64,000 bases of DNA from an uncultured Gemmatimonadales bacterium (GCA_963851265.1 CAWKNZ010000005.1:96001-160000), one strand, 5' to 3'; positions 19,758 to 30,474 are shown, numbered from the stretch's first letter. A program made the numbers and translations. The notes: generated by a model not told the origin, from the sequence alone.

Positions 19758-22691
19758 TCACTCCGCGTGCGCGCGGAGGAAGCGCGCGAACTCCGGCGTT
19801 CCGCGCAGGACCGCGAGCTTCGGCGAGATGGCGATGCCCCGCAAGGTGCGCCCGCCCATCGGGTTCGCGAGCCAGGCGTCGAGCCAGCGTACGGCCGTTT
19901 CGGGCTCGCCCAGGCGCGCGTAGGTTCCGGCGACGACCTCGGGGTCGAGCACGCGCAGCGAATCGGCGGGCGGGGCAAGGGCGCGCGCCTGCCGCAGCGC
20001 CCGCGCGAGCGTCGTGCGTGCGGTCGCGGTATCGCCGAGGTTCGCCTCGGCGAAGGCGCGCAACGCGAGCAGCAGCGCGTCGTCGCCGCGCGCGAGCGGG
20101 CGGCGGGCGAGGATGGCACGAATCGAATCGGAGTACACGCGCGCCCGCGTCAGGTCGCCCCGACGCAGGCACACGTCGGTCTTGGCGTCGTAATAGAGCC
20201 CCACGCTGTCCTCGAGCGTCGCGATTCCGAGTTCCGCTGCGGAGCGGGTCAGATACCGCGGACCGTACGGCCCCCCCGCGTACGCCAGCCATGTGAGTAG
20301 TTGGCCCCCGGGGTGCGGCAGGTGCGGAAGTGCGCGCGCCGCCACGCGCTGCGCGTCGGCCGTGTCGCCCTGGCGGATCGCGCCGTTCACGCGAAGCAAC
20401 CAGCCGCGCTCATCGGCCGAGTCGAGCGCGATGAGCGCGTCGACATCCTTTCGCGCATCGGCCCAGTGCCGCAGGGAGATGGCCGACGCCGCCGCGTTCG
20501 TGAGTGTGAGCGCCGAGCGAGGGTCGAGCACCGCGGCGCGTCGGGCGAGCGCGTACGCGCTGTCGTACTGGCCGCGGTCGGCCATCAGCATCCCGGCCAT
20601 GCGTAAGCCGAGCGACTCGTTGGGGAGGGCGGCGATCACGCGTTGTAGAAGCGGCGCCACCCCGGTGGTGTCGTGGTCGATCGATTGGCGCGTCGCCGCG
20701 ACGGCGAGCAGCACGCCCGGGTTGTCCGGGGCGTGCGCCAGCGCCTCCGTCAGCGTGGTCCGCAGCTGCGAGATGCCCGCCGTGTCGTCCGGCGCGCGCT
20801 GCGCGCGCCAGAACCTCGCGCGCGCGAGGTCGCCCCAGGCATCGCCGAAGCCCGGATCGAGCGCGACGGCGCGGGCGAACTCGACCGCGCTCTGCTCCAT
20901 CGCCGCCCGGATGGCGACCGTCGAGAAGGTGTGGCCGGTCCCGTCGAACAGCACGCGGCCGCGCACGTACGCCGCGAGCGCCTCGGGGTTGTCGGTCAGC
21001 CGGCGTGCCAGGGCCACACGGTCGGACGGCCGCAATGCCACGCCCAACTCGGAGGCGACGGTGGTCGCCACCTGGCTCTGTGCCGTGAACGGGTCGGCCG
21101 GCGTGATGAGCGACGGCTCGCCGGTCCACGTCGTGGTCCCCGTCCGGGCGTCGACGAGCGTGGGCGTGACCTGCGCGCGCCACGCCCCGTGCGCGTCCTT
21201 CGCCCAGCGTACGACGCCCTCCACGAGCCACGGCACGCCGAGCTCCGAACCGATCTGCCGGGCCGTCTTCGTGGTGTGCGCGTACTGCGCGGCGCTGTGG
21301 CGGTCGATGACGGCGAGCCCCGGCAGCGCGCTGAGCTTGGCCGTCACCGCGTCGGTGAGCCCGTCGGTGAACACGGCCTGGTCGGGCGGTCCGGCATGGT
21401 CGAACGGAAGCACCGCCACCTTGCGTGGGCTGACCGCGTCGCCGGACCCACCGTGCTCCCCGGCCGCGAACGCCTGCCACCCCGCCCGCCCGAGGACGAC
21501 GAGCGCGAGCACGGCCCCGACCGCGCGCATGATGCGCACCCGCCGCGGGCGCGGCACCACGGCGCGCGCCGCCGAGGCTCTCCCGTCGTCCAGTTCGACC
21601 AACAGATCGGCCGCCGACGCGGGGCGCTGCGCGGGATCCTTGGCGAGGCAGCGCATGACGAGCGCGGCGAGCGGCGGCGACACCGCGGGCGCGACCGACC
21701 GGAGCGGTTGCGGCATCTCGTCGAGTTGCGCGGCGATCAGCTCGCGGGCCGTGGTCTTGTGCGCGAACGGATGCCGGCCGGCGAGCAGCGTGTACGCCAC
21801 CACGCCCCACGCGTACAGGTCGGCGCGGGCGTCCACGTGCCCGTCACCCACGGCCTGCTCCGGCGCCATGTAGGCCGGCGTCCCGAGCGAGGTGCCGAGC
21901 TGGGTGAGGGTGTGGTTCGGCCGCACGTCGGCCGGCGCGTCGCGCATCCGCGGGTTGGTCGCCTGCGACGCCCTGAGCGCCTTGGCGATGCCGAAGTCGC
22001 TCACCACGGCGGTCCCCTCGTGGATGAGGACGTTCTCCGGCTTGATGTCGCGATGCACGACGCCGCGGGCGTGCGCGTACGCGAGCGCCACCGCGACGTC
22101 GCGCAGGATGCGCACGGCTTCGTCCTGGGGCAGCGCCCGGCCGCCGGCGATGCGATCGCCGAGCGTGCCGCCGGCGATGTACGGCATCACGTAGTACAGC
22201 AGCCCGCCTTCCTCGCCCGAGTCGAAGAGCGGCAGGATGTGCGGCTCGCTCAGCTGCGCGGCCGTCTCGATCTCGCGCAGAAAGCGCTCCGGCCCGAGCG
22301 CGGCGACCACGTCGGCGTCGAGCACCTTGACCGCGACGGTCCGCCCGTGGCGCAGGTCGTGGGCGCGGTACACCGCTGCCATGCCGCCGCGCCCGAGCAG
22401 GCCCTCGATGGCGTACTGCCCGGCGAGCGCGGCGGCGACTCGCGACGCGTCGATGGGCACCGCGTGGCGTGGCGGAGCGCTCCCCACCTCTGCGGCGGCG
22501 GCCCGGACCGCGGCGCGCGCGCCCGGGAGCGACGTCGCGCCCAACGATTCGGCGAGCAGCGATTCGACCTCGCTGCGGAGGGCGGCGTCGTCCCCGCAGG
22601 CGGCCGAGACGAACGCGCCGCGTTCGCCGGGCGCGCGGTCGAGCGCGTCCTGAACGATGCGCGTGACCACGGCCCAGCGTTCGGGCGTCAT
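19758..22691 (-). CDS. Ser/Thr protein kinase with TolB-N-like and TPR-like C-terminal region (may start at GTG 22769)
   Basis: GRGGMAAVY, VAVK, HRDIKPEN, DFG, GTPAYMAPE; TM segment; 'VAVLPF...DGLTD' domain. Confidence 0.92.
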   Translation of the reverse strand: MTPERWAVVTRIVQDALDRAPGERGAFVSAACGDDAALRSEVESLLAESLGATSLPGARAAVRAAAAEVGSAPPRHAVPIDASRVAAALAGQYAIEGLLGRGGMAAVYRAHDLRHGRTVAVKVLDADVVAALGPERFLREIETAAQLSEPHILPLFDSGEEGGLLYYVMPYIAGGTLGDRIAGGRALPQDEAVRILRDVAVALAYAHARGVVHRDIKPENVLIHEGTAVVSDFGIAKALRASQATNPRMRDAPADVRPNHTLTQLGTSLGTPAYMAPEQAVGDGHVDARADLYAWGVVAYTLLAGRHPFAHKTTARELIAAQLDEMPQPLRSVAPAVSPPLAALVMRCLAKDPAQRPASAADLLVELDDGRASAARAVVPRPRRVRIMRAVGAVLALVVLGRAGWQAFAAGEHGGSGDAVSPRKVAVLPFDHAGPPDQAVFTDGLTDAVTAKLSALPGLAVIDRHSAAQYAHTTKTARQIGSELGVPWLVEGVVRWAKDAHGAWRAQVTPTLVDARTGTTTWTGEPSLITPADPFTAQSQVATTVASELGVALRPSDRVALARRLTDNPEALAAYVRGRVLFDGTGHTFSTVAIRAAMEQSAVEFARAVALDPGFGDAWGDLARARFWRAQRAPDDTAGISQLRTTLTEALAHAPDNPGVLLAVAATRQSIDHDTTGVAPLLQRVIAALPNESLGLRMAGMLMADRGQYDSAYALARRAAVLDPRSALTLTNAAASAISLRHWADARKDVDALIALDSADERGWLLRVNGAIRQGDTADAQRVAARALPHLPHPGGQLLTWLAYAGGPYGPRYLTRSAAELGIATLEDSVGLYYDAKTDVCLRRGDLTRARVYSDSIRAILARRPLARGDDALLLALRAFAEANLGDTATARTTLARALRQARALAPPADSLRVLDPEVVAGTYARLGEPETAVRWLDAWLANPMGGRTLRGIAISPKLAVLRGTPEFARFLRAHAE

Positions 22692-22946
22692 CGCCACCCC
22701 GCTCGCCGCGCCAGTCACCGCGCCGCTCAGCGCCCCAGCCACCGATCCCGGCCCCGCGTCTCCGGTCACGGTGTCATTCGCCGCAGCTGGTCAGGAGCGG
22801 TTCGGACGCATTCGTCGACGTCACGGCCACCAGAACGCGAACGGGACATGGGCGCGCACGGGCTCGGACTGCGCTCCGGCCCGCGCGAGACTAGTGCGCT
22901 CGGCGCAATCCGGCAAGCACGCATGCGCGTCCGCGGTGATCTCCCG

Positions 22947-22976
22947 TTGACAACGCCCCGACGTGTCCGGCAGCTT
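22947..22976 (+). promoter_or_regulatory. Possible sigma70 promoter of the permease
   Basis: Perfect TTGACA at 22947-52; weak -10 CAGCTT after an 18-bp spacer. Confidence 0.35.
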
Positions 22977-23078
22977 CCGCGACCTGCCCCGGCGTGCGCC
23001 CGTCACACCGGCCCCCGGCGAGTTCCCACCGTTTCAGCATCTCGTCCCGGGCCACGTCCGGGCATGCGAGGACCCGCG

Positions 23079-24632
23079 ATGGCGATGTCCACCCCCGGAA
23101 GTGTCAGAGCGCCGAGCAGTTCGCTGTTCCGCACCAAGTCCGTCGACCAGCTCATCGCCGACAGTCACGACGTCAGCGAAGGCGGTTTGAAGCGCACCCT
23201 CGGCCCCGGTGCGCTCGTCGCGCTCGGGATCGGCGCGATCATCGGCGCGGGTCTGTTCACGCGCACGGCGGCGGCGATCGCCGACCGGGCCGGCCCGTCG
23301 GTCACGATCGCGTTCATCGTCGCCGCGCTCGGCTGCGCCTTCGCGGGGCTCTGCTACGCGGAGTTCGCGTCGATGATCCCGATCGCCGGCAGCGCCTACA
23401 CGTATTCGTACGTGACCATGGGCGAGCTGGTCGCCTGGATCATCGGCTGGGACCTCGTGCTCGAATACGCGGTAGGCGCCGCGACGGTCGCGATCTCGTG
23501 GAGCGAGTACCTCAACAAGATCCTCCACTTCTTCGGGCTCCAGATCCCGTATCAGTGGTATCACTCGCCGTTCGAGACGATGCAGGGCACCGGCGTGCAC
23601 GGCATCGTCAACATCCCGGCGGTCGTGATTCTGGGGCTGATGTCCGCGCTGCTCGTGCGCGGCACCCAGGAGTCCGCGTTCGTGAACAACCTCATCGTGA
23701 TCACGAAGGTGGCGATCGTGATCGTCGTGATCGCGATCGGCTGGGGCTACATCAACCCGGCCAACCACACGCCGTACATTCCGCCCCCGACCACCTACAC
23801 GACCCCGGAAGGCGTGTCGCACGCGTTCGGCGGCGTTCTGGGCATTCTGGGCGCGGCGGGGGTCGTGTTCTTCGCGTTCATCGGCTTCGACGCCGTTTCG
23901 ACCGCCGCGCAGGAGGCCAAGAACCCCGCGCGCGACATGCCGATCGGCATCCTCGGCTCGCTGGTCGTCTGCACCGTGCTGTACGTGCTCTTCTCGCACG
24001 TCTTGAGCGGCGTGGCGACGGTGCAGGACTTCCGTACCTCCGGCCGCGAGGCCTCGGTCACCTTCGTGATCGCGAAGTACATGACCGGGTACGGGTGGCT
24101 CGCGAACCTCGTCACGGTGGCGATCCTCGCCGGCTTCTCGTCGGTCATCCTCGTGATGCTGCTCGGCCAGTCGCGCGTGTTCTACTCGATGAGCCGCGAC
24201 GGGCTCGTGCCGAAGGCGTTCTCGGACGTGCACCCGCGTTTCCAGACGCCGTACAAGGCGAACATCCTGTTCTTCTTCGTCACCGCCATCTTCGGCGGCT
24301 TCATCCCCGGCGACATCGTGGGCGAGATGACGAGCATCGGAACGCTGTTCGCATTCATCCTCGTGTGCGCCGGCGTGTGGATCATGCGCGTGCAGCGCCC
24401 CGACCTCCAGCGCGCCTTCCGCGCCCCGGCCGTCCCAGTCGTCGCCACACTGGGCATCCTCGTCTGCAGCGCGATGATCTACGGCCTCGGCTGGACCAAC
24501 TGGCTGCGACTGATCGTCTGGCTGCTGCTCGGGTTCATCATCTACTTCGGCTACGGCCGCCGAAACAGCATCCTGCAGCGCGGCGTGACCGGCTCGCCGA
24601 TCGTCCCGCCCGCGCCGATCCTCGGCGACTGA
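23079..24632 (+). CDS. APC-family amino acid permease (cationic amino acid transporter-like)
   Basis: GIGAIIGAG, CYAEFAS, GSAYTYSY and FFAFIGFD motifs; many TM helices; GAGGA RBS. Confidence 0.94.
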   Translation: MAMSTPGSVRAPSSSLFRTKSVDQLIADSHDVSEGGLKRTLGPGALVALGIGAIIGAGLFTRTAAAIADRAGPSVTIAFIVAALGCAFAGLCYAEFASMIPIAGSAYTYSYVTMGELVAWIIGWDLVLEYAVGAATVAISWSEYLNKILHFFGLQIPYQWYHSPFETMQGTGVHGIVNIPAVVILGLMSALLVRGTQESAFVNNLIVITKVAIVIVVIAIGWGYINPANHTPYIPPPTTYTTPEGVSHAFGGVLGILGAAGVVFFAFIGFDAVSTAAQEAKNPARDMPIGILGSLVVCTVLYVLFSHVLSGVATVQDFRTSGREASVTFVIAKYMTGYGWLANLVTVAILAGFSSVILVMLLGQSRVFYSMSRDGLVPKAFSDVHPRFQTPYKANILFFFVTAIFGGFIPGDIVGEMTSIGTLFAFILVCAGVWIMRVQRPDLQRAFRAPAVPVVATLGILVCSAMIYGLGWTNWLRLIVWLLLGFIIYFGYGRRNSILQRGVTGSPIVPPAPILGD

Positions 24633-24741
24633 GTCGCCCCGCAGCCGATCGATCGTCCGTCAGTTGCACGCACCGCCCGGGCGCCGGACACCGCGCCCGG
24701 GCGGTGATCGTTCATCCGACTTCCCACCCGCTCGCCGGTTC

Positions 24742-25848
24742 ATGTCCGACGTCATCCCCGCCCCCGCGGCACTCATCGAAGCCGTCGACGCCGCGCTCGC
24801 CGCGTCGCGCACGCGCGTCGAGCAGCTCCGTGCCCTGGGCTCGTACTTCCGCCCCGGTATTCGCGTCGCGATCACGACGCACATCAACGCCGACGGCGAC
24901 GGCTGTGGGTCGGAGGTCGGGCTCGCGCGCGCGCTGGCCGCGATGGGGCTGCGCCCGGTCGTCGTGAATCCGACGCCGTGGCCGGACAACTTCCGCTTCC
25001 TGCTCGAACGCGCGGGCGACGGGCCGGGTGACGCGGCGGTCGAGGACGCGAGCGCCCGCGGCGCGGCCGCCCTCCGCGACGCCGATCTGCTCGTCGTCCT
25101 CGACATCGCCGACGTGAAGCGGCTCGGCACGCTCTCCGACTCCGTCCGCGCGCTCACGATTCCCAAGCTGACCATCGACCACCACCTGCCGAGTGAGGAG
25201 CCGCCGAGCACGGTGGTGGTGAGCGACGTGACGGCGAGCGCGACCGGCGAGTTGGTGTTCGACCTGCTCGGCGCGCTCGATCGGCCGCTCACGCCCGCGA
25301 TCGCGACCGCGCTGTACGTCGCGTTGCTCACCGACACCGGGGGCTTCCGCTTCAGCAACACGTCGCCCCGCTGTCATGCCGTCGCCTCCGAGCTGCTGGC
25401 GGCCGGCGTGGATCCCGAGGCGATGTACCGGCGCATCTACGCGAGCGTGCCCGCGGGCAAGCTCTACCTGCTGCGCGAGGCGCTCGGCACGCTCGAGGTC
25501 GAGGCGGCGCATGGGCTGGCGTGGGTCTCGATCCCGGCCGGGGCGATGGAGCGGTACGGCGTGAAATCGGAAGATCTCGACGGGATCGTCGAGCAGCCGC
25601 GGTCGATTGCGGGGACGCGGCTCGCGATGCTCTTCCGCGACCTCGGGCACGGCAAGGTGAAGGTGTCGTTCCGGAGCACGGGCGACGTGGACGTGAACGC
25701 CCTCGCCCGGCAGTTCGGCGGCGGCGGGCACGCGAAGGCGTCGGGCGCGATGATCGCGGGGACGATGGACGCGGTGCGAGCGCAGGTGCTCGACGCCGCG
25801 CGGGCGCACGTGGCCGGGACGGCGGGGGCACGACCCGTGGGCGGCTAG
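24742..25848 (+). CDS. nrnA: DHH/DHHA1 phosphoesterase (NrnA-like oligoribonuclease/pAp phosphatase)
   Basis: HINADGD, IDHH, TDTGGF, VSFRS and GGGGH motifs. Confidence 0.88.
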   Translation: MSDVIPAPAALIEAVDAALAASRTRVEQLRALGSYFRPGIRVAITTHINADGDGCGSEVGLARALAAMGLRPVVVNPTPWPDNFRFLLERAGDGPGDAAVEDASARGAAALRDADLLVVLDIADVKRLGTLSDSVRALTIPKLTIDHHLPSEEPPSTVVVSDVTASATGELVFDLLGALDRPLTPAIATALYVALLTDTGGFRFSNTSPRCHAVASELLAAGVDPEAMYRRIYASVPAGKLYLLREALGTLEVEAAHGLAWVSIPAGAMERYGVKSEDLDGIVEQPRSIAGTRLAMLFRDLGHGKVKVSFRSTGDVDVNALARQFGGGGHAKASGAMIAGTMDAVRAQVLDAARAHVAGTAGARPVGG

Positions 25849-25941
25849 CTTTCGCCTACTGCCGCCCCGTGGACGGGAATCCCGGGGGCATCCTCGTTTG
25901 CACATCGCGGCTTCGACCGCCGCTTCTCATAGGCACTTCGC

Positions 25942-27162
25942 ATGAGCACCACCCTCACGCAGCGCATCGCCGAAGCTCTCGGCCGCGTGCGCAACCCGCG
26001 GCACGGCCGCGACCTCGTCAGCGCCGAGCAGGTGCAGGACGTGGCGACCACGGCGGATGGCAAGGTCCGCTTCACGCTGCTGCTCGACGCGGCCGACGAG
26101 GCGACGCTCGTGCGCGAGGTGCGCCAGACCGTCGAGCAGGTGCCCGGCGTGACCGACGTCCGCGTGGACGTGCAGGACCCGGCGCAGTACGCGGCGGCGC
26201 GCGCGACCAGGCAGGAGGCGCAGCGCGAGTCGCGCCGGGCGCCGGCCGGCGGTGAGGCGCCGGGCGGGGGCAAGCCGGTGGGCGGGCGCGCGCTCCCCGT
26301 GATGGACGCCGGCCCCACGCCCGGGCGCGCCGCCCCGCCGACCCCGTCCGCGCCGACGCCGGTCGCCTACCCGCAACTCGGCCGCGTCATCGCGGTGTCG
26401 AGCGGCAAGGGCGGGGTGGGCAAGTCGACGGTGGCCGTCAACGTGGCCGTCGCGCTCGCCAAGCAGGGCGCGCGCGTTGGGATCATGGACGCCGACATCT
26501 ACGGGCCGAACCTGCCGCGCATGCTGGGCGTGAGCGAGGCGCCGCCGGTGCGCGACGACAAGATCCAGCCGCTGCTCGCCTACGGCGTGAAGGTGATCAG
26601 CATCGGCCTGCTCATTGAGCGCGACCAGCCGGCGATCTGGCGGGGGCCGATCATCATGAAGGTGATCACGCAGTTCCTGCGCGACGTGAACTGGGGCCAG
26701 CTCGACTACTTCCTCGTCGACATGCCGCCGGGTACGGGCGACGCCCAACTCTCGCTCGTGCAGGCGACGCACGTGCACGGCGGCGTCGTGGTCACCACGC
26801 CGCAGCAGGTGGCGGTGGGCGACGCGCTGCGCGGCGTGCGCATGTTCGAGCGCGTGGGCGTGCCGGTGTTGGGCGTCGTCGAGAACATGAGCTACCTCGA
26901 GAATCCCGAAACCGGCAAGCCGATCGCCGTGTTCGGGTCGGGCGGCGGGCAGTCGCTGGCCGACGAGGTGGGCGTGCCGCTGCTCGGGCAGATCCCGCTC
27001 GACCCGCGCGTGGTCGAGGGCGGCGACACGGGGCGGCCGATCGTCGTGCACGAGCCGAAGTCGAGCGTGTCGCGCGCGCTGGAGCAGGTCGCGACGCGGA
27101 TCACCGAGCGCATCGCGGCGCGGTACCCGGAGGCGGCGGCCGCGGGTGCGGCCGCGGGGTGA
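25942..27162 (+). CDS. mrp: Mrp/ApbC (NBP35) Fe-S cluster carrier ATPase
   Basis: SGKGGVGKS, DADIYGP, WRGP, DMPPGTGD and ENMS motifs. Confidence 0.92.
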   Translation: MSTTLTQRIAEALGRVRNPRHGRDLVSAEQVQDVATTADGKVRFTLLLDAADEATLVREVRQTVEQVPGVTDVRVDVQDPAQYAAARATRQEAQRESRRAPAGGEAPGGGKPVGGRALPVMDAGPTPGRAAPPTPSAPTPVAYPQLGRVIAVSSGKGGVGKSTVAVNVAVALAKQGARVGIMDADIYGPNLPRMLGVSEAPPVRDDKIQPLLAYGVKVISIGLLIERDQPAIWRGPIIMKVITQFLRDVNWGQLDYFLVDMPPGTGDAQLSLVQATHVHGGVVVTTPQQVAVGDALRGVRMFERVGVPVLGVVENMSYLENPETGKPIAVFGSGGGQSLADEVGVPLLGQIPLDPRVVEGGDTGRPIVVHEPKSSVSRALEQVATRITERIAARYPEAAAAGAAAG

Positions 27163-28586
27163 CCGCCACCCGCACCCTTCCGGTCGAGGAGCGCGACGGC
27201 GGCGTCGCCGTCGCGCTCACCCCCGAGCAGGCCGCCCGCGTCACGGGCGAGTACCCGACCGCCGAGCATCCGGCACTCGTCCGCGAGCCGCTCGCGCGCA
27301 TCGTCCTTCGCGTGGCCGTGCCGGCCGTCGTGAGCAACCTGCTCATGACGGTCTTCCTCGCGGCCGATGCGTTCTGGGTGAGCCGCCGTCTGGGGCCCAC
27401 CGCGCTCGCGGCCGTGACGGCGTCGGTGTTCTGGGTGTGGATGGCCATCTCGGTCGCGGAGATGATCTCCGTCGGCCTCACGGCGGTCGCGGCCCGGCGC
27501 CACGGCGAGCGCCGACCGGCCGACGCCGCGCGCGCCACGGGCGACGCGCTGCTGCTCGCCGTCGCGTTGGGCGCGGTCGTCGCCGCCGCGGGCCGCGCGA
27601 ACGCGCCCGCCCTGCTCGCGCTCATGCACGCGCCCGCGCCGGTGGTCGCGCTCGGCGCGCGCTACCTCGGCGTGTACGCGCTCGCGATGCCGGTGCTGTT
27701 CGCGTACTTCACCGTCGACGCCGCGTTCCGCGCGAGCGGCGACACGCGCACGCCGCTGCTGGTCCTCGCGTGCTCGGTCGCGCTGGGGCTCGTGCTCGAC
27801 CCGCTGCTCATCCTGGGTGGACTGGGGTTTCCGGCGCTGGGCGTGGCCGGCGCGGCGTTCGCCACCACCGGCACCCGCAGCGCCGCGTGTCTCGTCGGCC
27901 TCGTCCTGCTCCGCCGCCGCGGGCTCGTGCGTTTCGGACGGCCCGAGCGGGCGGTGCTCGCGACGGTGGTGCGCGTCGGACTGCCGACGGCCGCCACGGG
28001 CGTGCTCTTCTCGGTGATCTACGTGGTGATTGGCCGCTCGGCCTCGTCGCTCGGGGTGCCCGCGCTGGCCGCGCTGGGACTGGGCTTCCGGGTCGAGAGC
28101 TGGCTGTACATGATCGGGGTCGGGTTCGGGGCGGCAGCGGCGGCAGTCGTCGGGCAGAACATGGGTGCAGGGCGTGTGGAGCGCGCGGAACGCGCCGGAT
28201 GGACGATGCTCGCCGTCGCCAGCGCGCCCGCGCTCGTCGCCGCGGCCGCGAGCGCGGCGGTGCCGGCATTCCTCGCCGGCATCTTCACGAGCGACCCGGC
28301 CGTCGTCGCGGAGACCGCCCGCTACCTGCGCATCGTCGCGGTGTCGCAGCTCGTCGTCTGCGCCGAGGTGGTCCTCGAAGGGGCGCTGGGTGGGGCGGGG
28401 GCCACGGTCGCGCCGATGGTCGCGTCGACGACACTCACGGCCGCCCGCATCCCGCTCGCGACGTGGGCGACGCCGCGGTTCGGGGCGACGGGGCTGTGGT
28501 GGACGATCTCGCTCACCGCGGTGGGGCGGGGCGTCGCGATGGTCGCGTTGTGGTGGAGTGGGCGGTGGAAGCGGCAGCGGGTGTGA
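27159..28586 (+). CDS. MATE family efflux transporter
   Basis: About 12 TM helices; GDTRTP, LGVAGAAFAT and VGQNMGA motifs. Confidence 0.92.
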   Translation: MTATRTLPVEERDGGVAVALTPEQAARVTGEYPTAEHPALVREPLARIVLRVAVPAVVSNLLMTVFLAADAFWVSRRLGPTALAAVTASVFWVWMAISVAEMISVGLTAVAARRHGERRPADAARATGDALLLAVALGAVVAAAGRANAPALLALMHAPAPVVALGARYLGVYALAMPVLFAYFTVDAAFRASGDTRTPLLVLACSVALGLVLDPLLILGGLGFPALGVAGAAFATTGTRSAACLVGLVLLRRRGLVRFGRPERAVLATVVRVGLPTAATGVLFSVIYVVIGRSASSLGVPALAALGLGFRVESWLYMIGVGFGAAAAAVVGQNMGAGRVERAERAGWTMLAVASAPALVAAAASAAVPAFLAGIFTSDPAVVAETARYLRIVAVSQLVVCAEVVLEGALGGAGATVAPMVASTTLTAARIPLATWATPRFGATGLWWTISLTAVGRGVAMVALWWSGRWKRQRV

Positions 28587-28673
28587 GGCGGCGCGCAGGG
28601 GATTAGTGTCATTCTTCGCTGCGCGCAGGACGACAGTCCTCGCAGCGTCGATGCGCCCGTGGCCCTCGCCTTC

Positions 28674-29471
28674 ATGTCGATCATCACCCTCCTCACCGAC
28701 TTCGGCACGGCGGACGGCTACGTCGCCGAGCTCAAGGGGGTGCTGCTGTCCGGTGCGCCGGGCGCCACCGTCGTGGATGCGAGCCATGAGGTGCTGCCGC
28801 AGGACGTGGACGGCGCGCGGCTCGCGCTCGCGCGCTACTGGCTGCGCTTCCCGCCGGGCACGGTGCACCTCGTCGTGGTCGACCCCGGCGTCGGCACCGA
28901 CCGCGCGGCGATCGCGGCGTCGAGCGAGGGGCGCTGGCTGGTCGGCCCGGACAACGGGGTGCTGACGCCGGCCCTGCTCCGTGCGGGGGCGCGGGCCGTG
29001 CGGCTGCCGATCCCGGCACGCAGCGCGCCGACGTTCCACGGACGCGACGTGTTCGCCCCCGCCGCGGCGCGGCTCGCCGGGGGCGGCTCGCTCGACGCGT
29101 TAGGCGAAGCGGTGGACGGGTGCGTGCTGCGCCGCACGCCCGAGGCGCGCCGGCTGGCGGACGGGGGCATCGAGGGCGTCGTGATCGCGGTCGACCGCTT
29201 CGGGAACGCGATCACGAACCTGGTGGCGAGCGGGGCGACGGCGGCGCCGGGCGGGGTCGTGCGGGTGGCTGGGAGGGTGGTGCCGATCCGGCGGGTGTAC
29301 GGCGACGTGGCGAAGGGCGAGGGGGTCGCGCTCGCGGGGTCCAACGGGTTGTTGGAGATCGCCGTCAGGGAAGGGAGTGCGGTGCGGGAGTTGGGGGTCG
29401 GGCGGGGGGAGACGGTGGTACTGTACCGGGACGGCGGTGAGCGCGGGGAGCGCTCGGGCGGCCCCGCCTGA
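28674..29471 (+). CDS. SAM hydroxide adenosyltransferase (DUF62) family
   Basis: ITLLTDFG, VVDPGVG, GPDNG, TFHGRD and DRFGN motifs. Confidence 0.9.
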   Translation: MSIITLLTDFGTADGYVAELKGVLLSGAPGATVVDASHEVLPQDVDGARLALARYWLRFPPGTVHLVVVDPGVGTDRAAIAASSEGRWLVGPDNGVLTPALLRAGARAVRLPIPARSAPTFHGRDVFAPAAARLAGGGSLDALGEAVDGCVLRRTPEARRLADGGIEGVVIAVDRFGNAITNLVASGATAAPGGVVRVAGRVVPIRRVYGDVAKGEGVALAGSNGLLEIAVREGSAVRELGVGRGETVVLYRDGGERGERSGGPA

Positions 29472-29510
29472 GCGGCCGCGCCTGAGCGGCCGCGCCTGAG
29501 CGGCCGCGCC
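29465..29510. repeat. 14-bp tandem repeat (CGCCTGAGCGGCCG)x3
   Basis: Three exact units starting across the DUF62 stop codon, between convergent genes. Confidence 0.9.
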
Positions 29511-29553
29511 GTCCGGGGCGCGTGTTCGGCGCTCCGGACCGCGCGGGGAGCGC

Positions 29554-30474
29554 TCAGGCGGAGGCCACGTCGGCCGCCCCGCCCGTCGAGATGCGGTCGC
29601 CGTACAGGTGCCCCGCCCTCGACCGCGTCGCCCCCGTGCCCTGCATCAGCTCCGCCGCCAGCTCCCCGCCGGCGAGCAGCACGAGGGAGGACAGGTACAT
29701 CCACGTCAGCAGGACGATGGCTCCGCCGATCGTGCCGTACGTCTTGTTGTAGTCGCCGAACCGCTGCACGTAGATGCGGAACGCGAGCGTGACCAGCAGC
29801 CAGAGCGCCATCGTCACCACCGACGCGACCGCGACGTGGACGTTCCGCTGCTTCGCGTCGGGGAGGACCTTGAAGAGCACGAATGCCGTGGCCGCGACGA
29901 TCACCCCCGCGATGGGGAACTGCGCGAGGTTCCAGAGCGTGCGGGCCGTGCTGCCGAGCCCGACGTGGTTGCCCACCCAGTCGACCACGTTGGGCCCGAA
30001 GAGGAGCACCGCGGTGGCGAGGATGAAGAGGAGCCCGACGCCTAACAGGCACGCCAGCGCGATCAGCTTGCGCTTCCAGTAGGGGCGCGAGTCGTCGGTA
30101 TGGTGGTTGTAGACCATGTTGAGCGCGGCCATGAGCCCGCTGAACACGTTGGACCCCGACCAGAGCGCGAGCAGCGCGCCCACCGACACGACCCCGGGCG
30201 CGCTGGGCGAGAACACCACGTCCTTCACGACGTTCTGCAGCAGGGCGAAGGCGTCGCCGGGCACCGCGCGCGCCAGCTGGTTGAGCAGGAAGGTGAACGT
30301 CTTCTGTTTGTCGCCGATCAGCGCGAGCAGCGGGGCGAGAAACAGGAAGATCGGAAAGAGCGAGAAGAAGAAGTAGTACGCCGTCTGCGCGGCGAGGTCG
30401 ATCACGTCGTCGGCAATGATCTGGGCCCCGACCTTCTTCAGCAGCGGTCCGAGGCGGTAACCTTTGATTTCCAT
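29554..30474 (-). CDS. YihY/BrkB family membrane protein
   Basis: 'AAQTAYYFFFSLFP' and 'YNKTYGTIGGAIVLLTWMY' motifs. Confidence 0.92.
   Translation of the reverse strand: MEIKGYRLGPLLKKVGAQIIADDVIDLAAQTAYYFFFSLFPIFLFLAPLLALIGDKQKTFTFLLNQLARAVPGDAFALLQNVVKDVVFSPSAPGVVSVGALLALWSGSNVFSGLMAALNMVYNHHTDDSRPYWKRKLIALACLLGVGLLFILATAVLLFGPNVVDWVGNHVGLGSTARTLWNLAQFPIAGVIVAATAFVLFKVLPDAKQRNVHVAVASVVTMALWLLVTLAFRIYVQRFGDYNKTYGTIGGAIVLLTWMYLSSLVLLAGGELAAELMQGTGATRSRAGHLYGDRISTGGAADVASA

Noticed and set aside
20673..23078. 5' part of the 1319-aa + strand ORF as a fusion to the permease
   Set aside because: It is an antisense shadow of the kinase gene; the permease has its own RBS and ATG at 23079.
28674..29471. 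Fluorinase/chlorinase
   Set aside because: It has the TFHGRD and D-R-H features of the widespread DUF62 hydroxide adenosyltransferases and sits in a housekeeping context.
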